Source: an uncultured Spirochaetota bacterium (GTDB lineage: Bacteria > Spirochaetota > Spirochaetia > SZUA-6 > Fen-1364). Taken from it: a stretch of DNA of 64,000 bases. The stretch is from positions 352,001 to 416,000 of the forward strand of contig CAWGAA010000001.1 in the NCBI GenBank assembly GCA_963820525.1. The letters run 5' to 3'. Shown here one piece after another: positions 37,439-46,245 of the stretch. The notes below the pieces were generated by a model that had not been told where the DNA came from, did not search any database, and saw nothing but the letters and a program-made list of their open reading frames with translations. Position 1 is the stretch's first letter. Each line of letters starts with the position of its first letter. A program made the translations under genes and the position numbers.

Positions 37439-39054
37439 GGCTTCTCCCTCACCTCCAGCCGTTCGCCCTTTTTCCGCCTCCTCATGGCGAGCCGGATGAC
37501 GCCGAAGGCTACGACGAGCAGCGGAACGAGTGCAACGTTGATGAGCTGGCTTACGAGCATCGCGCGGGATTTCAATGCCGGATCCGCGATCCCGTTCAGC
37601 CGCAGGTCCACTTGGGAGCGCGTCTTTATTGCGAGAAGGTCGTCTTCCCGCGCGAGCCATTCGGCGCAGTTTGAAAGGAAGGCGAGATTGTAGCTGGCCT
37701 GGGTATACTGCACCATGTCCGAGGCGAAATCCGCGTCTCCCACCACCACGAGGCGCGTATCGGGGCTTTTTCCGCGCATGACGGCAGACCGTGGTTTTTC
37801 GCCCGTTCTGGTGGGAGCCGGCCTTCCCTCGAAGAAGCTGGTAAAGGTGCCGGAAAGCGTCAGGGCGAGCGTGTACTGCCCCCGCTGCCCGGTGTCCTGC
37901 ATCACGGGAGTGTTGGAAAGCGCCGGGTTGGTCTCGAATCTGTCCTTCATCACCCAGGCGTTCGGCGATGTGGAGACGAGGGTCTCCGCCTTCACACCCT
38001 GTCTCTCGATCGGCTCGAGCGGTGACGGCCAGTAGAGGTCCAGGCCGGCGAATCGGGCCGTAATGGGATTGGTCCGCGAGACGGTGGCGCCGGAGACCGC
38101 GATCCAATGGGGGTAGTTGACGACCATGATCTGCGTTGGAGTCAGCCGGAACTGGATGCGTTGATTCACGCTGTCCAGCACCAGCTCGTCCTTGACCCGA
38201 ACGCCGTACGCGGCCAGCATGTCTGAAACCGCCGTGTCGGCCACTTTTGTGGCGCGGAGCTGCTGCGCGAGGTCCACGTCGATGCTGTCCACGGCGAAGA
38301 GCGCCTTGCCGCCGCCCATGATGTACTGGTCCACGGGCAAAAGGTCATACTCGTCCAGGTCGCGGTTTCCGATCACGAAGAGGGCCTGGATGCCCGGGGG
38401 AATCTCCGCTCCGGGCTGAATCGGCTCCACGCGGAATCGGGGCTGAAGCTCCTGCATGAGGTAGCGGTAATCCCTGTCCAGGCTCTTCCCCTTGTCTCCC
38501 AGGAGAATGCCGATGGATCTCTCCTGCTTGGTTTCCAGGGACCTTATCTTCGAGGAGATCTCGTATTCGAGCGTTCCCACGTCGGATACGAACGGAAGCG
38601 TCTGATAGCTGTCGAGGTACTGGATCACGACGCCGGAGTACACGGTTGCGACGTTGACCTCCTGCTTCTCCACCACCTGCATCTGCTGGGCAACGATTCC
38701 CAGGCTTTCCAGGTTGCGGGGCGTCTTCGATTTTCCCGGATCCACCACGGCGAGGTCTATCTTTCCCCGGGAGTAGGTGGCGTATTCTCCCAGCATGTCC
38801 TTGATCTGCTGGGGAAACGAATACCTGCTGGAGAGCTTTTCCGAGACGTAGTAGGTGATGGTCACGTGCTCCGGCAGCTCCCGGGCGATCTTCTTGGAGA
38901 CATCCGAGATGGAGAACATCCTGTTCTTGCTCACGTCGAGCCGGACGAAGAATCTCCCGGCGTCGAGGGCCGCCAGCACGATCACCGCGACAACCAGGAG
39001 CGTGACGAGAAGCTGCTCCCTTTTCTTCCTCTCTCCCTGAGCTTTCACGACCAT
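37435..39054 (-). CDS. GldG family ABC-transporter auxiliary component
   Basis: RLDVSKNRMFSISDVSK, LEYEISSKI, DQYIMGGGKAL, LVVVGDADF, C-terminal TM. Confidence 0.85.
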   Translation of the reverse strand: MVVKAQGERKKREQLLVTLLVVAVIVLAALDAGRFFVRLDVSKNRMFSISDVSKKIARELPEHVTITYYVSEKLSSRYSFPQQIKDMLGEYATYSRGKIDLAVVDPGKSKTPRNLESLGIVAQQMQVVEKQEVNVATVYSGVVIQYLDSYQTLPFVSDVGTLEYEISSKIRSLETKQERSIGILLGDKGKSLDRDYRYLMQELQPRFRVEPIQPGAEIPPGIQALFVIGNRDLDEYDLLPVDQYIMGGGKALFAVDSIDVDLAQQLRATKVADTAVSDMLAAYGVRVKDELVLDSVNQRIQFRLTPTQIMVVNYPHWIAVSGATVSRTNPITARFAGLDLYWPSPLEPIERQGVKAETLVSTSPNAWVMKDRFETNPALSNTPVMQDTGQRGQYTLALTLSGTFTSFFEGRPAPTRTGEKPRSAVMRGKSPDTRLVVVGDADFASDMVQYTQASYNLAFLSNCAEWLAREDDLLAIKTRSQVDLRLNGIADPALKSRAMLVSQLINVALVPLLVVAFGVIRLAMRRRKKGERLEVREKP

Positions 39055-39764
39055 TTCCTCCGTATCAGGACCTGCGTGTTGAGGAACAGGAAGAGCGCCG
39101 CTGCCAGAACGTAATAGGAGACGTCGCGGGAATCAATGATGCCCTTCGTGAAGCTTTCGTAGTGCGGCCCGAAGGCCATCGCGGAAAGCGTCGCGGCCAG
39201 CCATCCCGGAAGATTCGCCACCGAGCCGGCCTGGCCCGCGAGGGTGAGGGCCAGCAGGGTGATGCCGCAGAAGATGTACGAGCTCACCTGGTTGGCGGAG
39301 AGCGAAGAGATGAACAACCCCACGGATATGCCGCAGCAGCCCACCAGGAACACGCCGATGTACTGCCCGACGATCTGTCCCGCGTCGAAGGCGCCCAACG
39401 GTGCAAGGGACAGCGGGAGCGGAACGCTTAAAGCCATCATGATGAGCACGAGGAGCGCGGCGCCGATGAACTTGCCCGCCACGACCTCCCCCTCGCGGAA
39501 CGGGAGGGTGAGGAGGATCTCCAGCGTTCCCGACTTCCTCTCCTCGGCCCACGAGCGCATCGTGAGGGCGGGGATGAGGAAGACGAAGACCGTGGGGATG
39601 ATGCCGAAGTACAGCCGGAGGGACGCCTCGTTGTGGACGAAGAACTGGTTGAGGTAGAAAAGCCACACCGAGGTGAAGACGAGATACGCGATGACCACGA
39701 TGTACGCGATCGGCGAGTTGAAGTACGATGCAAGCTCTTTTCTCACCACGGGCGATATTCTCAT
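39045..39764 (-). CDS. ABC-2 permease, GldF-like
   Basis: KELASYFNSPIAY, PALTMRSWAEERKSGTLEILLTLP, HYESFTKGIID. Confidence 0.9.
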   Translation of the reverse strand: MRISPVVRKELASYFNSPIAYIVVIAYLVFTSVWLFYLNQFFVHNEASLRLYFGIIPTVFVFLIPALTMRSWAEERKSGTLEILLTLPFREGEVVAGKFIGAALLVLIMMALSVPLPLSLAPLGAFDAGQIVGQYIGVFLVGCCGISVGLFISSLSANQVSSYIFCGITLLALTLAGQAGSVANLPGWLAATLSAMAFGPHYESFTKGIIDSRDVSYYVLAAALFLFLNTQVLIRRKWS

Positions 39765-40714
39765 TGCGCCGGCCCTCCCTCCCCATCGGTGAGCTTGATG
39801 AAGATGTCCTCGAGGCTGAGCCTCCGGGGGACCATGGCGAGAATCTTGGCCTGCCGGGCAACCGCCCAGTCGAAGATTCTTTCCTCCGCGCCGCCATCCG
39901 GCGAAAGCGAGAGCCGGATCAGCACGCTGTCCCGGGGCGTCCTCTCCTCAGAGATCACCTTGCGGACTCCTTCCACTTTCAGGAGCTCGTCCCCCGCGGG
40001 GGCGGCCCCGCTCATGCGCAGGGTGAGGTCGAGGAGCACCTCTCCGCGCAGCTCCCGCTCGATCTCCTCGCGCGTGCCCTGCGCCACGATCCTCCCTTCG
40101 TTGAGGATGAGGATCCTCTGGCAGGTTGCCTCGACCTCCTGGAGGATGTGCGTGGAAAGGATCACCGTCTTTTCCCTGCCGAGGCTCCTGATGAGCTCAC
40201 GGATCTCCACGATCTGGTGGGGATCCAGGCCCGTAGTCGGCTCGTCGAGGATGAGGATGCGGGGATCGTGGAGGATCGCCTGGGCGATGCCCACCCTCTG
40301 GCGGAAGCCCTTGGAAAGATCGTCGATGTCGCGGTATATCACGCTTTCCAGGCCGCATTCGCCGATGACGCGCTGGAGCCTTTCCCGCTTGCGCTCGCCC
40401 ACGAGCCCCCGCGCATCCGCGATGAAGTCGAGGTATTCGGCCACGGTGAGGTCCGTATACAGGGGCGCATTCTCCGGCAGGTATCCCACGGCGCTCTTCA
40501 CGTCCAGCGGATCCTCGAAAACATCGAATCCCGCCACCCGTGCGGTCCCCGCCGTCGGGAAGAGGTAGCAGGTGAGCATCTTCATGATCGTCGTCTTTCC
40601 CGCGCCGTTGGGGCCGAGAAGCCCGACGATCTCTCCCGTATCCACGGAGAAGGAGACGTCCCGTACCGCTTCCACAGGCCCATAGCTCTTCGAAAGGCCT
40701 AGTGCTTCAATCAC
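39761..40714 (-). CDS. ABC transporter ATPase, GldA-like
   Basis: GPNGAGKTT, LSKGFRQRVG, LDEPTTGLDP, SLEDIF. Confidence 0.92.
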   Translation of the reverse strand: MIEALGLSKSYGPVEAVRDVSFSVDTGEIVGLLGPNGAGKTTIMKMLTCYLFPTAGTARVAGFDVFEDPLDVKSAVGYLPENAPLYTDLTVAEYLDFIADARGLVGERKRERLQRVIGECGLESVIYRDIDDLSKGFRQRVGIAQAILHDPRILILDEPTTGLDPHQIVEIRELIRSLGREKTVILSTHILQEVEATCQRILILNEGRIVAQGTREEIERELRGEVLLDLTLRMSGAAPAGDELLKVEGVRKVISEERTPRDSVLIRLSLSPDGGAEERIFDWAVARQAKILAMVPRRLSLEDIFIKLTDGEGGPAQ

Positions 40715-40746
40715 GAGCCTCTATCCTCCTTTTTCGGAGTCCGGTA

Positions 40747-40776
40747 ACTGTAGCGTAAAAGGCGGCTTTGAGGCAA
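40747..40776 (-). promoter_or_regulatory. Putative promoter of the Gld-like operon
   Basis: TTGCCT-N18-TACAGT; SD AGGAGG upstream of the GTG start. Confidence 0.5.
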
Positions 40777-40812
40777 CACGGGACAGTTGGCCTCGGCCCA
40801 GGCCAGAAGGTT

Positions 40813-40838
40813 GGGCCGGAGGCGTGAGCCTCCGGCCC
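40813..40838. terminator. GC-rich stem-loop after the liv SBP gene (terminator or mRNA stabiliser; no clear U tract)
   Basis: GGGCCGGAGGC-GTGA-GCCTCCGGCCC, perfect 11-bp stem. Confidence 0.55.
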
Positions 40839-40846
40839 GCCTGCTC

Positions 40847-42003
40847 TTACGGCCTTACTTCCTTTACCAGGATCTTTTTTCCGCCGGCGATCTTGAATAT
40901 ATAGACCGGTTTGTTGGTGGGAATGTCGTTTTTCATATCCCAGCTGAACATGATCCCCTGGAAACCCTTCACGTTGGCGCAATACTCGGCGATCTTCCTG
41001 CGCTCGTCGGAAAGCTTCGCTGGATCTCCCGTGACGCCCGTCTTTTCGATCGCCTGCTTGATCATGTAAAGCGCATCGTAGTAGTTGGTGGAGAGGCTCG
41101 GGGGAGCTCTCCGCTGTGGTCCTTCATATATGCCTGCTTGAAGGCGTTCCACCGGGGAGTATCGATGTTCGGGTCTATGTAGTTGTAGATCTCCGCTCCG
41201 TCGATGGCGCTTCCGCCGATGGAGTAGAGATCGGGAGCGTCCCCGCTGGAGAACACCAGGAGATGGTCCAGCTTCGTCCATCCCCGGTTCTGCATTTCCA
41301 GGATGATCTTGGCGATCTTCTGAGGGTTGCAGACAAAGATGACGGCATCGGGCTTCTCCGAGAGGGCCTTCACCACGAGAGGCCCGAAGGTGACCGCATC
41401 CGTGGGAACTTCGATGTTCGAAAGCACATTCACGCCGGCCTGGCTCACTCCCTTCGCGTGCGCCGCCGCCATCCCGGGCCATGGGCCGTAGGGCTCCACG
41501 AACTGGATCACGCTCTTCACGTCGGGAAGCAGCTTCACCCAGGCCGACACGACCATCGCGAGGGCATCTTCTGTGGGTGGGAACCAGGAGATCGACCAGG
41601 GAAAGTATTTCTCCGCATACTCCAGAGAGGTCGTGGCCGTAAATGACATCATCCTGTTTTCCACGGCAATCGGCATGGCGGCCTGGATGACCGGCTCGGG
41701 GACGGGTCCCATCGCCACCAGGGCGTCCTTCACGATCCGCGCCATCTCAACCGAGCCCTTCTGGGCGTCCAATCCCGTGTCTATGCGAACGATCTTTACC
41801 GGCTTTCCGGCGATGCCGCCGGCTTGATTTATCTCCGAAGCCGCCCGTTCCGCCCCCCACATGAGATACTCGCCGATGCTCGCGATGGGGCCCGTAAGAC
41901 AGTCCAGGAACGGGATCTGCCATTCGGTTGCCGCCACCCGCGGCTTGCAGCCCAACAGGGCCACGAGCGCAAGAAGAATCACGGATGCCCAAGCCTTTTT
42001 CAT
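40847..42003 (-). pseudogene. Branched-chain amino-acid-type ABC substrate-binding lipoprotein, frameshifted at a 5-nt C run
   Basis: ORF 41062-42003 (lipobox LLGC, LTGPIASIG, INQAGGIAGK) continues in another frame as LSTNYYDALYMIKQAIE...KEVRP; the switch is at 41100-41104. Confidence 0.8.
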
Positions 42004-42024
42004 ACAACCTCCTTCTCTTCGTTC

Positions 42025-42903
42025 TTATTTCACACGTCGCTTTATGATGAGTCCCTCTATTCTATGGACAAACCGTCTCGTGATCATTCCCTCGGGCTTG
42101 ACGGCGATCACGAGGACCAGGATCGCACCATATATCACTATCCGCCAGGATGACAACCCGGGCGGCAGGAGGAAGGGAAGCCCGTACAGCGCGGGGGCCG
42201 CGACGAGCGCGCCCCATTGGGTGGCGTATCCCCCCACGAAGAGGATCGTCATGAACGTGCCCAGGAGGGAGAAGCCGAAGAAATCGAGGCTGATGCTTTT
42301 GTAGATGAAGGCGTAGAGAACCCCGCAGCCACCCGCGATGGTGCAGCTTGAAATCTGGAGGGCCGCGGCGAGCCTCTTGACGTCTATCCCCAGAGACGCG
42401 GCGAGGGTGCGGTCCGCGAATGCCGTGCAGGCGGCTCGCCCCAGCCGCGATCGATCGAACCTCCAGATGAGAAAGCCGACGGCGAGCAGGAAGAGGGCGA
42501 GGATCGAAAGAAGGGTCACCCGATGCGCGGCCGGGCTTCCGCCGATGTCGGGAAGGCCGAACATGCCAAGGGTGCCGCCCACGGCCGCAAGATTCTGGAT
42601 GACCGTCCGGGTGATGGTGATGAAGGTGAAGCCTACGATGACCACGGCGAAGGTCGGAGCGTCGGCGATGAAAAGGGAGACAAGCGCGCCGATGCCAGCT
42701 CCCGCGGCAAAGCCGGTCAGAAGCGCCACGGCGAACGGCGCGTGGAATGTCGCGACAAGGTACGCGGCCGCGTAGCCCGAAATCGTCATAACGGCGATTG
42801 TCAGGAAGTGGAGCTGCGCGACACGGTAGGGAAGGTACAGCGCCCAGCACATCAGGACGTCGACCGCGGTGATGGCCAGGAAGTAATACAGCGGCAGCGG
42901 CAC
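42025..42903 (-). CDS. Branched-chain amino-acid ABC permease (LivM-like)
   Basis: Multi-TM; FAVVIVGF, GGTLG, SRLGRA, FVGG. Confidence 0.85.
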   Translation of the reverse strand: MPLPLYYFLAITAVDVLMCWALYLPYRVAQLHFLTIAVMTISGYAAAYLVATFHAPFAVALLTGFAAGAGIGALVSLFIADAPTFAVVIVGFTFITITRTVIQNLAAVGGTLGMFGLPDIGGSPAAHRVTLLSILALFLLAVGFLIWRFDRSRLGRAACTAFADRTLAASLGIDVKRLAAALQISSCTIAGGCGVLYAFIYKSISLDFFGFSLLGTFMTILFVGGYATQWGALVAAPALYGLPFLLPPGLSSWRIVIYGAILVLVIAVKPEGMITRRFVHRIEGLIIKRRVK

Positions 42904-42912
42904 GGGATCCCC

Positions 42913-43793
42913 CTACAGCCGCGAGCCGAAGAGTCCCTTCGGCCGGCTGAGGATCACGACGAGCATGACCACGAAGGCGATGGCGTTGGACCAGGTTCCG
43001 GACACGTAGCCCTGCACCAGCGCTTCGATGATCCCGAGGGCGAGCCCGACCACGAGCCCGCCGGCGAGGTTTCCCAGCCCCGCGATTATCGAGATTGCAA
43101 GAACCTTCTGGGCCACCTGCTCGCCCAGGTCCGCGGAGGCGTAGCCCAGGAGCGCGGCGAGGAAAAGGGCCGTTATCCCGCCGAGCAGGCCGGCCAGCGC
43201 GAAGCTCTGAAGGCCCGTGCGCAAAAGAGGGATTCCCGCCAGGCGGGCTCCATCCGGGTCTTCGGCGATGGCCCGGAATGAGCGTCCCGCCCTGCTTTTC
43301 GACAGCAGGAGAAAAAAGCCGCAAACGGCGAGGCCCCCCCAATGAGGGAAGCGACCTGTCCGCTCGAAATGCTGATGAGGCCGAACCTGAATACGCTTGC
43401 CCCCGCGAACGATACGGGAAAAGCGACGGGAAGCCCGTTGTTGAATCCGTGCGAGAGAACGTCCGTGACGACAAGCCCGATCCCGAGGGACATCACCATG
43501 GTGCTGTTGATGTCGACATCGGTGCGCCTGCGCGTTGCCTTCTGGAAAAGGGGCGCCGACGCGAGGCTGATCAGGATGGAGGCGGCCACCGCCGCCAGGG
43601 AGCCGAGGACCAGATCGTTTCCCGAAAGGCGCAGAACGAACCAGGCCGCGTACATCGAGAGAACGACGAGCTGGGGATACGAATAATGGATGATCATGGC
43701 GACGAGGAGCAGGAGATTGAACCCCGTGACCAGAAGCACGTACATGCTTCCGATGGAGAGGCCGTTTATGACCTGGGCGACGAGCACCTCCAT
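42913..43793 (-). pseudogene. Branched-chain amino-acid ABC permease (LivH-like), frameshifted at a 7-nt G run
   Basis: N-half QVINGLSIGSMYVL (ORF 43173-43793) and C-half GRSFRAIAED...IIAGLGN...RPKGLFG (ORF ending 42913) join at 43334-43340. Confidence 0.8.
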
Positions 43794-43795
43794 GC

Positions 43796-44533
43796 CTAGG
43801 CTCCCAGGTACGCCGAACGCACGCCGGGATCCCCGCGAAGCTCATCCGATGCGCCCGACAGCGCGACGGTGCCCGTCTCAAGGACTATCGCCCGCGAGGC
43901 GCAGGCGAGCGCCTTGTTTGCGTTCTGTTCCGCCAGGAGGATCGTGTAGCCCTCCCCGTTCAAGCGCTCGAGGATGGAGAACACCTCGGCCACGATTTTC
44001 GGAGCGAGCCCCAGCGACGGCTCGTCCACCATGACGAGCGCGGGGCCGGACATGAGGGCCCGCCCGATGGCGAGCATCCGCCTTTCCCCGCCGCTCAAGG
44101 TACCGGCGAGCTGCATCGATCGCCCCTTGAGGATGGGAAACCAGTCGAAGAGGCGGCTCAGGCGCGCCCCGCTCCCCTTCATGTCGTTGCGCGCCCCGAT
44201 GAGAAGGTTGTCAAGGACGCTCATCGAAGCGAAGACTCCGCGCCCCTCGGGGACGAGGCTCATGCCGGCGCGCACGTTCCTGTCCGCCGATGCCCCGGCT
44301 ATCGAAATGCCCCGGAAGCGGATCGAACCCGAATCGGGGGTGTGAATGCCCAGCACCGTCTCCAGAAGGGTCGTCTTTCCGGCGCCGTTCGCCCCGAGCA
44401 GTGCCACGATCTCGCCCTCCCGCACTTCCAGGCTCACTCCCTTGAGGGCCTCGACGCGGCCGAAAGAGACGCGAAGCTCATCCACGGCGAGCAGAGGCGC
44501 CCCCCGCGGGGCGGCGTCACGCTTCGGCGCCAA
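43796..44533 (-). CDS. Branched-chain amino-acid ABC ATPase (LivF-like)
   Basis: GANGAGKTT, VPEGRGVF, LSGGERRML, DEPSLGLAP; TTG start behind SD GGGAGG. Confidence 0.9.
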   Translation of the reverse strand: MAPKRDAAPRGAPLLAVDELRVSFGRVEALKGVSLEVREGEIVALLGANGAGKTTLLETVLGIHTPDSGSIRFRGISIAGASADRNVRAGMSLVPEGRGVFASMSVLDNLLIGARNDMKGSGARLSRLFDWFPILKGRSMQLAGTLSGGERRMLAIGRALMSGPALVMVDEPSLGLAPKIVAEVFSILERLNGEGYTILLAEQNANKALACASRAIVLETGTVALSGASDELRGDPGVRSAYLGA

Positions 44534-45275
44534 GGTAGGCCTCCCGGACCCGGGGGTCCTCCCGCACTTCACCTGGAGCTCCTTCGGCGATCTTCCTGCC
44601 GAAGTTCAATACCGACACCCGATCCGACATGCTCATCAGAGTCCGCACATCATGGCTGACGACGACGACCGTGATCCCGGAATCGTGGATCCCGCGGATG
44701 ATTCTCTCGATCCGCTCCGCCTCCCGCGAGCCCATGCCGGAGGCGGGCTCGTCCAGGAGGAGCAACTTCGGCCCGGAAACAAGCGCGCGCGCGATCTGGA
44801 CGAGCTGGCGCTCGACCCAGGAAAGGCTGTCCGCCCACCGCTCCCCGAAATCGGCCATTCCCACCAGATCCAGCGCTTCACGCGCCCGCCCCCGAAGCGC
44901 CGCTTCCTTTCGCGAGGCCGTGAAGGGAAGCCTCAGGCTCATGTCGGCGAGCGAGCTGCCGATGCCCTCGTTGTCTCCGCTCATGACGTTCTCCAGGGCC
45001 GTGAGGGAGGCCACGAGGCGCGCCATTTGGAAGGTGCGCCGCACTCCCCTTGCGGCGATGAGCTCGGCCCTCATGCCCGTGATGTCGTTCCCTTCCAGAA
45101 GAATCCGCCCGGAGTCCGGCCTGAGAAGCCCCGTCACGCAATCGAAGAGCGTCGTCTTGCCCGACCCATTGGGACCGATGATCCCATGGATCGCGCCCGT
45201 GGCGAGATCCATGTCCAGGGAATCGAGAGCGCAGAGCGCGCCGAAAGATTTGCTCAAACCCCGGACCCGAAGCAT
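44517..45275 (-). CDS. Branched-chain amino-acid ABC ATPase (LivG-like)
   Basis: GPNGSGKTT, RTFQ, LLDEPASG, VREAYLG; SD AGGAGG before ATG 45275. Confidence 0.9.
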   Translation of the reverse strand: MLRVRGLSKSFGALCALDSLDMDLATGAIHGIIGPNGSGKTTLFDCVTGLLRPDSGRILLEGNDITGMRAELIAARGVRRTFQMARLVASLTALENVMSGDNEGIGSSLADMSLRLPFTASRKEAALRGRAREALDLVGMADFGERWADSLSWVERQLVQIARALVSGPKLLLLDEPASGMGSREAERIERIIRGIHDSGITVVVVSHDVRTLMSMSDRVSVLNFGRKIAEGAPGEVREDPRVREAYLGAEA

Positions 45276-45300
45276 GACGAGCCCTCCTGGCGCGCCCATC

Positions 45301-46230
45301 TCAACCGTCGACGAACGGGATCCCGATGTGCTGGAGGTCCCGCGTCAGGAAGGAGGGGGGGAAGATCTCGCGCGCCTCTTGCAGGAGCTTCTTCAGCTCC
45401 CTGTCCGAGTAGCGCGGGCTGTAGTGGATCATGCCGAGCTGATTCACCTCGCCGTCACGGGCGATGCGGGCGGCCTGGGAGGCCGTGAGGTGCCTCTTCT
45501 CGAGGGCGGTTTCCGCAAGCTCCTCGGCGAACATCCCCTCACAGATGAACAGGTCCGCGCCACGCACGAAATCGGACAGGCCGGAGGCTGCCACCGTGTC
45601 CGTTGCAAAGCAGAACTTCCTCCCGCGCCTCCTGTCTCCCATGACCTCCCGGGAGGCGACGACGCGGCCGTCCGGCAGGGTCACCGATTCTCCGCCTTGA
45701 AGCTCGGACCACAACGGACCGCGCGGAACGCCGAGGGCCGTCGCCTTCTCGGGAAAGAACACCCCCGGCCGCATCTCCTCTTCGAGGCAATAGGCGAGGC
45801 ATTGCTTCGTGTGGGAGAGCGGGAACGAGCTGATCTGGTATCCTTCTCCCTTGAAAACCGTGGCGCACCCCTCGATCTCTTTCACAATGATCTCGTAGTT
45901 GATATACATGTCGAGCGTGCGCCTCATGGCTTCGACGAAATCCTTGATCTTCGGCGGGCCGAAGATGTACAGCGGCTCGTCCCTGTCGACCTGGGAGGAG
46001 AGCATGAGGATCCCGGGCAGGCCCGTGACGTGGTCCGCGTGGGTGTGAGAGATGAAGATGCTGGTGATCTTCTTCCACCGCAGGTTCAGCCGCCGGAGGC
46101 TTATCTGGGTGCCTTCCCCGCAGTCGAAGAGGAACAGCTCCCCCTCCCTGCGGACGAGGACCGACGTGAGCGCCCTTCCCGGGAGGGGCATCATTCCCCC
46201 GGTTCCAAGAACGAATACCTCGAGATTCAT
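45301..46230 (-). CDS. rnz: Ribonuclease Z
   Basis: LGTGG, FDCGEGTQ, HTHADH, GVPRGP exosite, KRHLT, IHYSPRY. Confidence 0.95.
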   Translation of the reverse strand: MNLEVFVLGTGGMMPLPGRALTSVLVRREGELFLFDCGEGTQISLRRLNLRWKKITSIFISHTHADHVTGLPGILMLSSQVDRDEPLYIFGPPKIKDFVEAMRRTLDMYINYEIIVKEIEGCATVFKGEGYQISSFPLSHTKQCLAYCLEEEMRPGVFFPEKATALGVPRGPLWSELQGGESVTLPDGRVVASREVMGDRRRGRKFCFATDTVAASGLSDFVRGADLFICEGMFAEELAETALEKRHLTASQAARIARDGEVNQLGMIHYSPRYSDRELKKLLQEAREIFPPSFLTRDLQHIGIPFVDG

Positions 46231-46245
46231 GCCTGTATCCGCCGT

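Noticed and set aside
44495..44533. Third homopolymer frameshift at the livF start (GTGA overlap plus G6 run)
   Set aside because: An in-frame TTG at 44533 with SD GGGAGG explains the gene without an indel
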